A stretch of 64,000 bases of DNA from an uncultured Candidatus Rokubacteria bacterium. Its GTDB lineage: Bacteria; Methylomirabilota; Methylomirabilia; Rokubacteriales; DASRDR01. The translations under genes were made by a program, and so were the position numbers. Under the pieces are notes generated by a model, which had not been told where the DNA came from, searched no databases, and saw only the letters and a list, made by a program, of their open reading frames with translations. Where the stretch lies: positions 896,001 to 960,000 of the forward strand of contig CAWDVE010000010.1 in assembly GCA_963805625.1 (NCBI GenBank), written 5' to 3'. How positions within the stretch are numbered: position 1 is the first letter of the stretch; the number at the start of each line of letters is the position of its first letter. Of the stretch, positions 1 through 9,069 are shown in pieces.

Positions 1-774
1 CGGGATTACAACGCCATCCGCGTGCCCTGGTTCGACCACTGGCTCCGCGGCGCCAAGAACTCCGTCCCCGACGAGCCGCGCGTCCAGCTCTTCGTGATGG
101 GCGAGAATCGCTGGCGCACCGCCGACATCTACCCGTGGCCCGGCGCGCGCGAGACGCCGTGGTACCTCCGTGACGGCGGGCGCCTCGGGCCGGAGGCGCC
201 GGCCGGGGCAGAGCAGGCCGACGGCTACCGGTACGATCCGGACGACCCGGTCCCGACCCTGGGCGGGGCGACGCTCAACATCCCGGGCGGCGCCTACGAC
301 CAGCGGCCCATCGAGGGGCGCTGTCTCACGTACACGAGCGTGCCCCTCGAGCGAGACCTCACCGTGATCGGCGACATCCGCTGCGTGCTCCACGCCATGT
401 CCACGGCGCCGGACACCGACTTCGTCGTCCGGCTCACCGACGTCCATCCCGACGGGACCTCCCGCCTTCTCTGCGACGGAATCCTCCGCGCTCGCTATCG
501 CGACTCGGGGAGCCACCCGACCCCGCTCACGCCCGGCCGGGTCTACGAAGTGACGGTGGACCTCTGGGCGACGGCCAACACGTTCCGGAAGGGTCACCGC
601 ATCCGCGTCGCGGTGACGTCGTCGAGCTTCCCCCGGTTCGACCGCAATCTCAACACCGGCGGCCCGACCGGCGCCGAGGCGCGGGGCCAGGTCGCGCTGA
701 ACACAGTCTTCCACGACGCCGCCCGCCCGTCCCGGATCCTCCTGCCGGTGGTGGAGCACGGCCCGGAGCACTAG
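1..774 (+). CDS. CocE/NonD family hydrolase (Xaa-Pro dipeptidyl-peptidase-like), C-terminal part; 5' end lies outside the window
   Basis: Frame is open from base 1. Motifs WFDHWL, YDPDDPVPTLGG, DTDFVVRLTDV, GHRIRVAVTSSSFPRFDRNLNTG are typical of the CocE/NonD C-terminal domain. Confidence 0.9.
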   Translation, partial: RDYNAIRVPWFDHWLRGAKNSVPDEPRVQLFVMGENRWRTADIYPWPGARETPWYLRDGGRLGPEAPAGAEQADGYRYDPDDPVPTLGGATLNIPGGAYDQRPIEGRCLTYTSVPLERDLTVIGDIRCVLHAMSTAPDTDFVVRLTDVHPDGTSRLLCDGILRARYRDSGSHPTPLTPGRVYEVTVDLWATANTFRKGHRIRVAVTSSSFPRFDRNLNTGGPTGAEARGQVALNTVFHDAARPSRILLPVVEHGPEH

Positions 775-794
775 TCTCGCCTCGGTGCCGCGTC

Positions 795-1016
795 GTGCTT
801 GACGCCTGGTGGGCCTTCACGTTAATGAACGAGATCGCGGGGCCGCAGCTCGCGCAGACCGTGCAGCTCGGCCTCGAATATGATCCGCACCCGCCCTTCG
901 ATGCGGGTTCGCCCGCGCGCGCGCCGAAAGCGATCAAATCATCGGCGGACGAGCGTTACGCGCATCGCATCGCGGCGTTCGAGGAAGTGCTGGGCCGGGT
1001 CGCGCCTAGTCTCTAG
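795..1016 (+). pseudogene. C-terminal remnant of a DJ-1/PfpI (isonitrile hydratase-like) protein
   Basis: AQTVQLGLEYDPHPPFDAGSP matches the C-terminal QLxLEYxPxPPFxAGSP motif. The catalytic N-terminal domain is absent and codons look atypical for the window. Confidence 0.7.
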
Positions 1017-1088
1017 CACCGAGGTGATTCAGACTGCCCGCTTGCCCCGGCCTCCCCTTCAGCCGTCACACAGCGACGCCCGTGACGC

Positions 1089-1097
1089 TGGTATGAT
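1089..1097 (+). promoter_or_regulatory. Extended -10 element (TGgTATGAT), 8 nt before ATG; likely leaderless promoter
   Basis: TGGTATGAT at 1089-1097, ATG at 1106, no Shine-Dalgarno between them. Confidence 0.55.
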
Positions 1098-1105
1098 CTA
1101 GCGTC

Positions 1106-2080
1106 ATGAAGGCCATGGTCGCGACACGTTGGGGCGAGCCGTCGGACCTCGAGTATGTGGACCTGCCCGACCCCGAGCCGGGGCCTGGCCAGGTGATCGT
1201 CGACACTCGGGCGGCGGGATGCAACTTTCCCGACATCCTCATGATCCAGGGGAAATACCAGGTCAAGCCGCCCCTCCCGTTCAGCCCGGGCCATGAGATC
1301 GCCGGCGTGGTCCGGGCGGTCGGCTCCGGCGTGACGCGCGTCCACCCCGGGCAGCGTGTCATCGGCAACCTCGAGTGGGGCGGTTACGCGGAGCGGGCGG
1401 TCACCGCCGCGGAGCGCGTGCACCCGATTCCCGACGGGATGCCGTTCGACCAGGCCGCGGCCTTCTTCGTCGTCTACCAGACGGGCTATGCGGCCCTGGT
1501 CCGGCGCGCCGCTCTCCAGCCGGGCGAGTGGCTCCTCGTGCACGGCGCGGCGGGGGGCGTGGGGCTCGCGGCGGTCCAGCTCGGGAAGGCGCTCGGCGCC
1601 CGCGTCATCGCCACCGCCGGCACGCCGGACAAGCTTGAGGTCGCCCGGCAGTCGGGAGCGGACGTCCTCATCGACTACCGCACGGAGGACTGGGTCGAGC
1701 GTGTGAAGAGCGTCACGGGCGGTGAGGGGGCGGACGTGATCTACGATCCCGTCGGGGGCGACGTCTTCGACGGCTCGACCAAGTGCATCGCCTTCGAGGG
1801 GCGGCTCCTCACGATCGGCTTCGCCGGGGGGCGCATCCCGACCCTCGCCATCAACCGGGTCCTCCTCAAGAACTTCAGCGTGGTGGGGGTCCACTGGGGC
1901 TACTACCAGCGGCGCGGCTCGCCCCTCGTCCAGGAGTGGACAGACGCCCTCCTGAAGCTCTACGGCGCGGGCCGGATCCGGCCCGTGATCTACCGCGCCT
2001 ATCCCCTCCGCGAGGCCGCCGCCGCGCTCCGCGCGCTGGCGTCTCGCGAGTCCTACGGAAAGGTGGTCCTGGTCCCATGA
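1106..2080 (+). CDS. NADPH:quinone oxidoreductase family protein (zeta-crystallin/MDR)
   Basis: CNFPD, PFSPGHEIAG, VHGAAGGVG nucleotide-binding motif, terminal GKVVL. Confidence 0.9.
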   Translation: MKAMVATRWGEPSDLEYVDLPDPEPGPGQVIVDTRAAGCNFPDILMIQGKYQVKPPLPFSPGHEIAGVVRAVGSGVTRVHPGQRVIGNLEWGGYAERAVTAAERVHPIPDGMPFDQAAAFFVVYQTGYAALVRRAALQPGEWLLVHGAAGGVGLAAVQLGKALGARVIATAGTPDKLEVARQSGADVLIDYRTEDWVERVKSVTGGEGADVIYDPVGGDVFDGSTKCIAFEGRLLTIGFAGGRIPTLAINRVLLKNFSVVGVHWGYYQRRGSPLVQEWTDALLKLYGAGRIRPVIYRAYPLREAAAALRALASRESYGKVVLVP

Positions 2081-2856
2081 AGGAGCACGTCCGAACGCCG
2101 CGATTCCTCTCCGCGCGGGAGCTCGCCGACTACCGGCGAGACGGCTTCCTCGTCTGCCGCGGCCTCTTCGGGCCTGGCGAGGTTGCCGAGCTCCGCCGCG
2201 CGACCGAAGAGGTCCAGGCGTGGCCCGAGCAGCCCGGCGTCTGGATGGTCTACGGCGAGAAGAGCCTGCGCGAGCCCGGACGCCGGCTGACGAACCGGAT
2301 CGAGAACTTCTACCCCCACCATCCGGGGTTCAAAGCCCTCTTCGACGGTGACAAGCTCCTCGGGCGTGTCAACGACCTCCTCGGGGAGCCGGCAGTGCTC
2401 TTCAAGGACAAGATCAACTTCAAGCTCGGGGGCGGCGACGGGTTCAAGCCGCACCAGGACCAGCAGGCTGGCTGGAGTGTCTACGCGTCCCTGTTCGTGA
2501 CCGCCCTCGTCGCCATCGACGACGCGACCGAGGCGAACGGGTGCCTCGAGCTCGCGGCCGGCCACCACACCCGCGGCCTGATCGGCCCCGAGTGGGCGCC
2601 CCTGTCCGAGCAGGACCTCCAGGGGGTCGAGTTCGTCCCCTACCCCACCCGGCCGGGCGACGCGGTCTTCTTCGACTCCTTCGTCCCCCATCGTTCGGGC
2701 CCGAATCTCTCCGACGAGCCCCGGCGCGTGCTGTACGTCACCTACAACCGCCTCGCCGAGGGCGACCATCGGGCGCAGTACTACGCGGACAAGCGGAAGA
2801 ACTACCCGCCCGACGTCGAGCGTGAACCGGGCCAACAGTACGTCTACCGGGTCTGA
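2077..2856 (+). CDS. Fe(II)/2-oxoglutarate dioxygenase, PhyH family, PhnY-like
   Basis: ATG overlaps the upstream stop (ATGA). HQD...H facial triad; FKDKINFK, NGCL, GDAVFFDSFVPHRS, YNRLAEGD..YYADKRKNYPP. Confidence 0.85.
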   Translation: MKEHVRTPRFLSARELADYRRDGFLVCRGLFGPGEVAELRRATEEVQAWPEQPGVWMVYGEKSLREPGRRLTNRIENFYPHHPGFKALFDGDKLLGRVNDLLGEPAVLFKDKINFKLGGGDGFKPHQDQQAGWSVYASLFVTALVAIDDATEANGCLELAAGHHTRGLIGPEWAPLSEQDLQGVEFVPYPTRPGDAVFFDSFVPHRSGPNLSDEPRRVLYVTYNRLAEGDHRAQYYADKRKNYPPDVEREPGQQYVYRV

Positions 2857-2860
2857 CCCC

Positions 2861-4079
2861 ATGAAGATCACCGGGATCGAGACGTTCGTCGTCGACGCGG
2901 GGTGGCGGCCCTGGCAGTTCGTCGCGGTCCGCACCGACGTGGGCCTCACCGGCTACGGCGAGTGCTCGGATGGCCGCAACCCCTACGGTATCGTCGGCAC
3001 GGTCCGGGACTTCGAGCCCGTGCTGCTCGGCCAGGACCCCCGACCCGTGGAGCGGATCTACTGGGACCTCTACCGCATGGCGCGTCAGAGCCCTGGCGGC
3101 ATCGCCGCCAAGGCGATCGCCGGGATCGAGCTCGCGCTGTGGGACGTCAAGGCCAAGGCGCTCGGCGTGCCCGTGTCGGAGCTCTTCGGGGGCCCGCTCC
3201 GGCTCCGCCAGCGCGTCTACTGGTCCCACTGCGGGACCTCGCGGGCCATGAACGCCGCGACGATCGGCGTGCCGCCGCTCCGCACCATGGACGACGTCTA
3301 CCGGCTCGGCGAGGAGGTCGTCCGTCGCGGCTACCGGGCGCTCAAGACCAACATCGTCTATCCGGGCGATCCGGCGCGCGTCCACTTCCCCGGCTTCGGT
3401 GGCGGGCCAGGAACCACCGACCAGACGGTGACCCCCGAGATGGTCCACCACCTGGAGACGCTCCTCGGCACCTTCCGGCGGGCCGTCGGCCCGGATGTCG
3501 GCATCGCGCTCGACCTCAACTTCAACATGAAGCCCGAGGCCGCGATCCGCGTCTGCCGCGCGCTCGGCGGACTCGACCTCATGTGGGTCGAGATCGACAT
3601 GTACGACGCCCTGGCGCTCCGCGAGGTCAAGGACGCGGCGCCCATGCCGATCTGCTCGGGCGAGAATCTCTACGGTCTCCGCGGCTACCGGCCGTTCTTC
3701 GAGGCCCGGGCGATGGACGTGGTGATGGTGGACGTGCCCTGGAACGGCTTCGCCCAGTCCCGAGAAGGTCGCCGAGCTCGCCGAGACCTACGAGCTGAAC
3801 GTCGCCCCCCACAACTACTACAGCCATCTCTCGACCCTCCACTCGCTCCACCTCTGCGCCACGGTGCCCAACGTCCGCATCATGGAGATCGACGTGGACG
3901 ACGTCCCGTGGAAGGACGAGCTGGTGGACGCTCCGCCGGTGATCGAGCGGGGCGAAGTCATCTTGCCGACTCGGCCCGGGTGGGGCGCCGACCTCGTCGA
4001 AGCCGTCGCCCGGAAGCACGTCTGGGAGCCCGGACGCCTGCCCGGCTACTCCGCGGCGACGCAGATATACGCCCGGTAG
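2861..4079 (+). pseudogene. Mandelate racemase/muconate lactonizing (enolase superfamily) enzyme with a +1 frameshift near 3758-3764 (true mutation or sequencing error)
   Basis: The frame from 2861 matches paralog 36403..37581 up to DVPWNGFAQS. Homology continues one base over (KVAELAETYELNVAPHNYYSH...PGWG) to TAG at 4077-4079. Confidence 0.8.
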
Positions 4080-4153
4080 CTGCTGGCTGGCCCCGGGCCC
4101 CGGCCGGGCTCTGGGTCCAATGGAGGTCGCCCGAGCCCGTGGAGTCGCCGACC

Positions 4154-5506
4154 GTGACACCGCCGCCCGGTGCTGCCCCGGTTCCCACCCGCTACCGTCG
4201 GTCGCCTCTCCTGCTCCCCCTGGTCGCGGCTGCGCTTGTGATCGCGGCAATCTGGTACACCACCAGCGCACTCAGCCCCCTGCCGCCGCGCACGGTGACC
4301 ATGGCCACCGGCCCCGACGGGGGTGCCTATCAAGAGGTGGGCAAGCGCTACCAGGAGCTCCTCGGCCGTCACGGCATCACGCTCGAGCTGCTCCCAACCG
4401 CGGGGGCGCTCGAGAACCTGGCGCTGCTGCGCGACCCTCGCTCGGGGGTCGACATCGGGCTGCTCCAGGGAGGCATCACGAACCAGAAGGAGTCGCCCGA
4501 TCTGGCGGCGCTCGGCACCGTGTTCTACGAGCCTCTCTGGTTCTTCCACCGAGGCGTGCTCGAAGGCAGGGGTCTGGAGCCGTTGCGGGGGCGGAAGATC
4601 TCGATCGGACCCGAGGGGAGCGGCACCCGGGCGCTCGTGCTCCAGCTGCTGGCGCGGCAGCGGTTTGACCAGGGCTTCGCCCAGCTGCTCGCGCTCTCCC
4701 ACCAGGAGGCCGCCGAGGCGCTGATCCGCGGCGAGATCGACGCGGCCCTCATGCTGGCGGGGTGGGACTCCCCGGCCGTCCGCCAGCTGGTCACCGAGGA
4801 CGGCATCGCGCTCGTGAGCTTCCCCCGCGCCGACACGTACGTGGCGCTGTACCCCTTCCTCAACAAGCTCACGCTGCCTGCGGGCGTTGGAGACATGGCA
4901 AAGAACAGGCCGCCGGCGGCAGTCACCCTGTTCGCGCCGAAGGCCAGCCTGGTGGTGCGCAAGGACTTGCACCCCGCGATCCAGTCATTGTTTCTCGATG
5001 CGGCGGAGCAGGTCCATTCCGGGCCGGGAATCTTCCACCAGACGAGACAGTTCCCGGCCGCGGAAGCGGTCGACCTGCCCCTGAGCGACGAGGCGCGCCA
5101 GTACTACCGCTCGGGCCGGCCGTTCCTTCAGCGTCACCTGCCCTTCTGGCTCGCGGTGGCGATCGGCCGGCTCCTCGTCTTCCTCATCCCCCTCGTCGGC
5201 GTGATGTATCCCCTGTTCCGCCTCATGCCCGTGCTGTACGCCTGGAGCGTGCGCCGGCGGATCGTCCGGATGTACCGAGACCTCAAGGATCTTGAGAAGG
5301 ATGCGCCCTCACCGGACGCGCTGAACGAGGGGCTCGACCGGCTGGAGGAAAGGGCCCGCCACCTCCAGGTTCCGCTGTTCTACAGCGACTCGCTGTACAC
5401 GCTCCGGGTCCACATCGCCATGGTCCGCGAGCGCGTCCAGAGCACCATCGGCCACCACGGGCCCAGTGACGAGCCGCCGCCGCAGGCATCCAGCCGGACG
5501 TCCTGA
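4154..5506 (+). CDS. TAXI-family TRAP solute-binding protein with N- and C-terminal membrane helices
   Basis: GGAG at 4141, then GTG at 4154. MATGPDGGAY, TAGALENL, YEPLWFF and IGPEGSGTR are TAXI motifs; hydrophobic segments lie at both ends. Confidence 0.8.
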   Translation: MTPPPGAAPVPTRYRRSPLLLPLVAAALVIAAIWYTTSALSPLPPRTVTMATGPDGGAYQEVGKRYQELLGRHGITLELLPTAGALENLALLRDPRSGVDIGLLQGGITNQKESPDLAALGTVFYEPLWFFHRGVLEGRGLEPLRGRKISIGPEGSGTRALVLQLLARQRFDQGFAQLLALSHQEAAEALIRGEIDAALMLAGWDSPAVRQLVTEDGIALVSFPRADTYVALYPFLNKLTLPAGVGDMAKNRPPAAVTLFAPKASLVVRKDLHPAIQSLFLDAAEQVHSGPGIFHQTRQFPAAEAVDLPLSDEARQYYRSGRPFLQRHLPFWLAVAIGRLLVFLIPLVGVMYPLFRLMPVLYAWSVRRRIVRMYRDLKDLEKDAPSPDALNEGLDRLEERARHLQVPLFYSDSLYTLRVHIAMVRERVQSTIGHHGPSDEPPPQASSRTS

Positions 5507-5534
5507 CGGGTAGCTGCTGTATATTCCTCGCGGC

Positions 5535-5645
5535 ATGGGGCTCGGCGAGGCCGACACTCACGCCAAGCTCATCGACCCAACCCTCCACGCGCGAGGCTGG
5601 ACCGAGGACCTGATCCGTCGTGAGGAAACGGCCGGCGCGGTCGAG
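5535..5645 (+). pseudogene. hsdR: N-terminal 37-codon stump of a type I restriction enzyme R subunit
   Basis: MGLGEADTHAKLIDPTLHARGWTEDLIRREETAGAVE matches the EADTRAKLIDP.L...GW start of EcoEI/EcoAI-type HsdR. Similarity then stops abruptly. Confidence 0.7.
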
Positions 5646-5667
5646 CCATGGCAGGGCCCCGGGCCCG

Positions 5668-6357
5668 TTACGACTCGGCGGGCACGAGGTCGGCGAAGAG
5701 CGCGCTGTGATCGCTGCCCCGCAGGGGGAGGACGCGCGTCTCCGTCGCGACGAGCCCCCGTACGAGCACGTGGTCGATGCGGAGGAGCCGCACCGAGCCG
5801 GCCCACGGACCCCACGTCCGCCCGGGCCGGCGCCCCATCCGGCGCGCGGCCTCCGCGGCCGCGTCGTCGAACCGGGCGGTGAGACGCCGGTACGCGGGCC
5901 AGAGCGGCGTCGCGTTGAGGTCCCCGGCCAGCACGCGCCGGCGCCGGGGCGTGGCGTCGAGATGGGCGCCGATCTCGTGGATCTGGCCGCGCCGGTCGCG
6001 GATTCTCTGGAGGACGGGACGGACGTGGGGAGCGGCGAGATGAACGTTCAGGACCTCCACGGGCTCGTCGCCCTCGGGCCCGACCAGCTCGGCCACGAAC
6101 GCCGAGCGATACGGAAGCCGGAGCTCCCGAACGCTCCCCGGCACCCGGAGCGCGATCCCCATGCCGTCATGGTCTCGCGCGGGCTCGAGCTTGCCGAACG
6201 GCAGCACGCGAGCGAGCGCCTCGGCCTGAGCGGGGTCGAGCTCCTGGACGAGGACCACGTCAGGCTCCACCGCCTCGACCAGGTCCGCAAACGCCTCGGC
6301 GTCGGCCCGGCCGTTGGCGAGGTTCGCGGAGAGGATCCGGAGGCCGAAGCGCCTCAC
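5668..6357 (-). CDS. Endonuclease/exonuclease/phosphatase (EEP) family protein
   Basis: LRILSANL, DVVLVQE, VHL, AGDLN, RIDH and GSDH motifs. GTG start overlaps the amidase stop (GTGA). Confidence 0.85.
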   Translation of the reverse strand: MRRFGLRILSANLANGRADAEAFADLVEAVEPDVVLVQELDPAQAEALARVLPFGKLEPARDHDGMGIALRVPGSVRELRLPYRSAFVAELVGPEGDEPVEVLNVHLAAPHVRPVLQRIRDRRGQIHEIGAHLDATPRRRRVLAGDLNATPLWPAYRRLTARFDDAAAEAARRMGRRPGRTWGPWAGSVRLLRIDHVLVRGLVATETRVLPLRGSDHSALFADLVPAES

Positions 6358-7793
6358 GTCGAGGTCACCCGGGTGACGACGGGCGGGATCCGGTCCGCCC
6401 ACGGCGCCGCGGACTCGAACGCCGCGGCCGCCGCGAGCACCGCCGTCTCCTGGCGGCGCCGCCCCACGATCTGGACGCCCACCGGAAGGCCGTCCCGCGT
6501 GATGCCCGCCGGAATTGAGATCACCGGCAGCCCCGTCACGGAAATGGCGTACGTGAGAAAGAACCACTGCGTGTAGTTCTCGAGCGGCTTCCCATCGATC
6601 TCCACCGGATAGGGCTGCTCCACCGGAAATGGCCGAACGGCCACGGTGGGAAGGACCAGAAGGTCGTACCGCTCCATGAAGCCCCGCACCCGCTGCCACA
6701 GCGTGCTCCGGAGCTTCTCCGCGCGGCCAACGTCCTGAACCGTGAGCCCGAGCCCCTGCTCGATGTTCCAGACGAGGCCCTTCTGCATCTCTCCGCGCCA
6801 CTCGGCCAGCCGGTGGGCGTGGAGCGCCGCCATCGAGAACCCGCGCGTCCCCAGCACGATGTCGTTCAGCTCCGCGAAGGACGGCGAGGCCGTCGTCACC
6901 CGGGCGCCGAGCGCCCGGAACACGCGGCTCGCGTCCGCGGCCACCCGCGCGATCTCGGCATCCACCGGAATGAGCCCGCCGAGATCGGGCGTCCAGGCCA
7001 CGCGCCAGCCGCGGACCGAGGGCCGGCGGACCGCCGCCGGGAAGGTCCGCGTGTCCACGTCGTAGGAGAGCGGCGCGCGATCGTCCGGTCCGGCCATGAC
7101 CGACAGCATCAGCGCGACGTCGGCGACGGACCGCGCCATCGGCCCCGACACCGAGAGCGAGTCCCACGCGAGCTCCCTCGGGTAGACGGGCACGAGCCCC
7201 GGCGTCGTCCGGAACCCCACGACGCCGCAGAACGCGGCCGGCGTGCGCAAGGACCCGCCCAGGTCCGAGCCCTGGGCGAGCGGACCCATCCCGGTGGCGA
7301 GCGCGACCGCCGCCCCACCGCTCGAGCCGCCGCAGGTGAGCGCGAGGTTCCAGGGGTTGCGTGTCGCGCCGAAGACCGCGTTGAAGGTGTTCCCGCCCGC
7401 CCCGAACTCCGGGGTGTTGGTCTTGCCCACGACGATGGCGCCCGCGGCCTTCAGGCGCGCGACGGACAGGGCATCCTCCGATGGCACGTGGTGCTCGAAG
7501 ATCTTCGAGCCCCACGTGGTGCGAATGCCCCTGGTGGGCGTGAGGTCCTTGATCGACACGGGGACCCCGTGGAGAGGCGGGAGGACGGCCCGGCGGCGCA
7601 GGGCAGCTGTCGCCTTCCGCGCCGCGCCGAGGGCGGCCTCCCGGGCCACCGTGACGTAGGCGTTGACGAGGGGGTTCACGGCGTCGATCCGGGCCAGCAC
7701 CGCCTGCATCACCTCGAGGGGTGAGACCTTGCGCGCACGATACAGACGGGCCAGCTCGGTGGCCGGTGTGAAGCAGAGGTCACGGTCAGGCAC
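6354..7793 (-). CDS. Amidase signature family enzyme
   Basis: GVPVSIKD, GKTNTPEFG, GGSSGGAAVA and GSDLGGSLRTPA (Ser-cisSer-Lys triad). Confidence 0.95.
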   Translation of the reverse strand: MPDRDLCFTPATELARLYRARKVSPLEVMQAVLARIDAVNPLVNAYVTVAREAALGAARKATAALRRRAVLPPLHGVPVSIKDLTPTRGIRTTWGSKIFEHHVPSEDALSVARLKAAGAIVVGKTNTPEFGAGGNTFNAVFGATRNPWNLALTCGGSSGGAAVALATGMGPLAQGSDLGGSLRTPAAFCGVVGFRTTPGLVPVYPRELAWDSLSVSGPMARSVADVALMLSVMAGPDDRAPLSYDVDTRTFPAAVRRPSVRGWRVAWTPDLGGLIPVDAEIARVAADASRVFRALGARVTTASPSFAELNDIVLGTRGFSMAALHAHRLAEWRGEMQKGLVWNIEQGLGLTVQDVGRAEKLRSTLWQRVRGFMERYDLLVLPTVAVRPFPVEQPYPVEIDGKPLENYTQWFFLTYAISVTGLPVISIPAGITRDGLPVGVQIVGRRRQETAVLAAAAAFESAAPWADRIPPVVTRVTST

Positions 7794-7922
7794 GACGGAC
7801 TCCTCCTCGGCAGGCTCCTCAGTGGGCGCCGGACACGGGATCGCATTGTATCAGGCCCGGCGTGTACGGGACCTCTTGCGCCGCGTCACGAGCCCCCTGA
7901 CAATGGCGCGGGAGGGGTCCAC

Positions 7923-9044
7923 ATGGACGTGTACGCACGGCTCGGGGTGCGGCCGATCGTCAACGCCCGCGGCATGAACACCATGGCGAGCGGGTCGCTG
8001 ATGCCGAAGCCGGTCCTCGATGCCATGACCGAGGCGGCTGGCGCCTTCGTGGACATGGCCGAGCTCAACGCCCTCGCCGGCGCGCACATCGCGCGCCTGG
8101 TGGGCGTCGAGAGCGCCCACGTGACCTCGGGCTCGGCGGGCGGGCTCCTCCTCGCGGCGGCCGCGTGCATCGCCGGCGACGACCGAGAGCGCATCGCCCG
8201 CTTGCCCGACACGACGGGGATGCGAAACGAGATCGTGATCCAGCAGTGCGATCGGATCCCGTACGACCAGGCGCTGCGCATGGCCGGCACCGTCCTGGTC
8301 GAGGTCGGCAGCGCGGACGACTGCACGCCGGAAGCGCTCGAGGCCGCCATCGGCCCCCGGACCGCCGCGCTCATCTACATCGTCTCTCCGGGGCTCGCCG
8401 AGCGCGGGGTCGGGCCCGAGCGCATGGTAAAGATCGCCCACGCCCACGGGCTCCCCCTGATCGTCGACGCGGCGTCCACCCTGCCGCCGGTCGGGCACCT
8501 CCGGCGCTGGACAGAGATGGGCGCCGACCTCGTGATCCTCAGCGGGGGCAAGGGCATCCGGGGCCCCCAGAACACCGGTTTGCTCGTCGGCCGCCCCGAC
8601 CTCATCCGCGCCGCGGCGGCCAACGGATCGCCCAACTCCGCCGTCGGGCGCCCCTGCAAGGTCAGCAAGGAGGCCATCATCGGCCTCGTGGCCGCTCTCG
8701 AGCTCTTCCTCCAGGAGGACCATGACGCCGAGTGGGCGCGCCACCTCGACGAGGGGCGCCGGATCCTCGGCGCGGCCTCGGGTATCGCCGGCGTACGAGC
8801 CCGCCTCGAGGAGGACCGCAGCGTGTGGACCTCGCCAACCCTGCTGCTCTCGATCGACCCGGCGGTCACGGGTCTCACGCCCGACGCGGTCATGGACGCC
8901 CTCCGTCGGGGCCACCCCCCGATCATGGTCCGGGTCCACCGGGGCGAGCTCCTGGTCGACCCCCATTGCCTGCGCGGTGACGAGGCGAGCCTAGTGGCCC
9001 GGCGCCTCCGGGAAGAGCTGCTCCGGCGGCCGGCCCGATCCTGA
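7923..9044 (+). CDS. PLP-dependent SelA-like / DgaE-like enzyme
   Basis: LGVRPIVNARG, VDAAS, SGGKGIRGPQ (PLP lysine), GRPCKVSKE. GGAGG RBS upstream. Confidence 0.85.
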   Translation: MDVYARLGVRPIVNARGMNTMASGSLMPKPVLDAMTEAAGAFVDMAELNALAGAHIARLVGVESAHVTSGSAGGLLLAAAACIAGDDRERIARLPDTTGMRNEIVIQQCDRIPYDQALRMAGTVLVEVGSADDCTPEALEAAIGPRTAALIYIVSPGLAERGVGPERMVKIAHAHGLPLIVDAASTLPPVGHLRRWTEMGADLVILSGGKGIRGPQNTGLLVGRPDLIRAAAANGSPNSAVGRPCKVSKEAIIGLVAALELFLQEDHDAEWARHLDEGRRILGAASGIAGVRARLEEDRSVWTSPTLLLSIDPAVTGLTPDAVMDALRRGHPPIMVRVHRGELLVDPHCLRGDEASLVARRLREELLRRPARS

Positions 9045-9069
9045 CAACCGACTCTGAAGGAGACTGCGA

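Noticed and set aside
2822-5506. 894-aa ORF as a genuine novel enolase-TAXI fusion protein
   Set aside because: The linker is out-of-frame enolase sequence. The true C-terminus is in the +1 frame and the TAXI gene has its own RBS and start.
7923-9044. Selenocysteine synthase SelA / selenium system
   Set aside because: The protein is shorter than true SelA and lacks its N-terminal tRNA-binding region. No selB, selC or selD is in the window.
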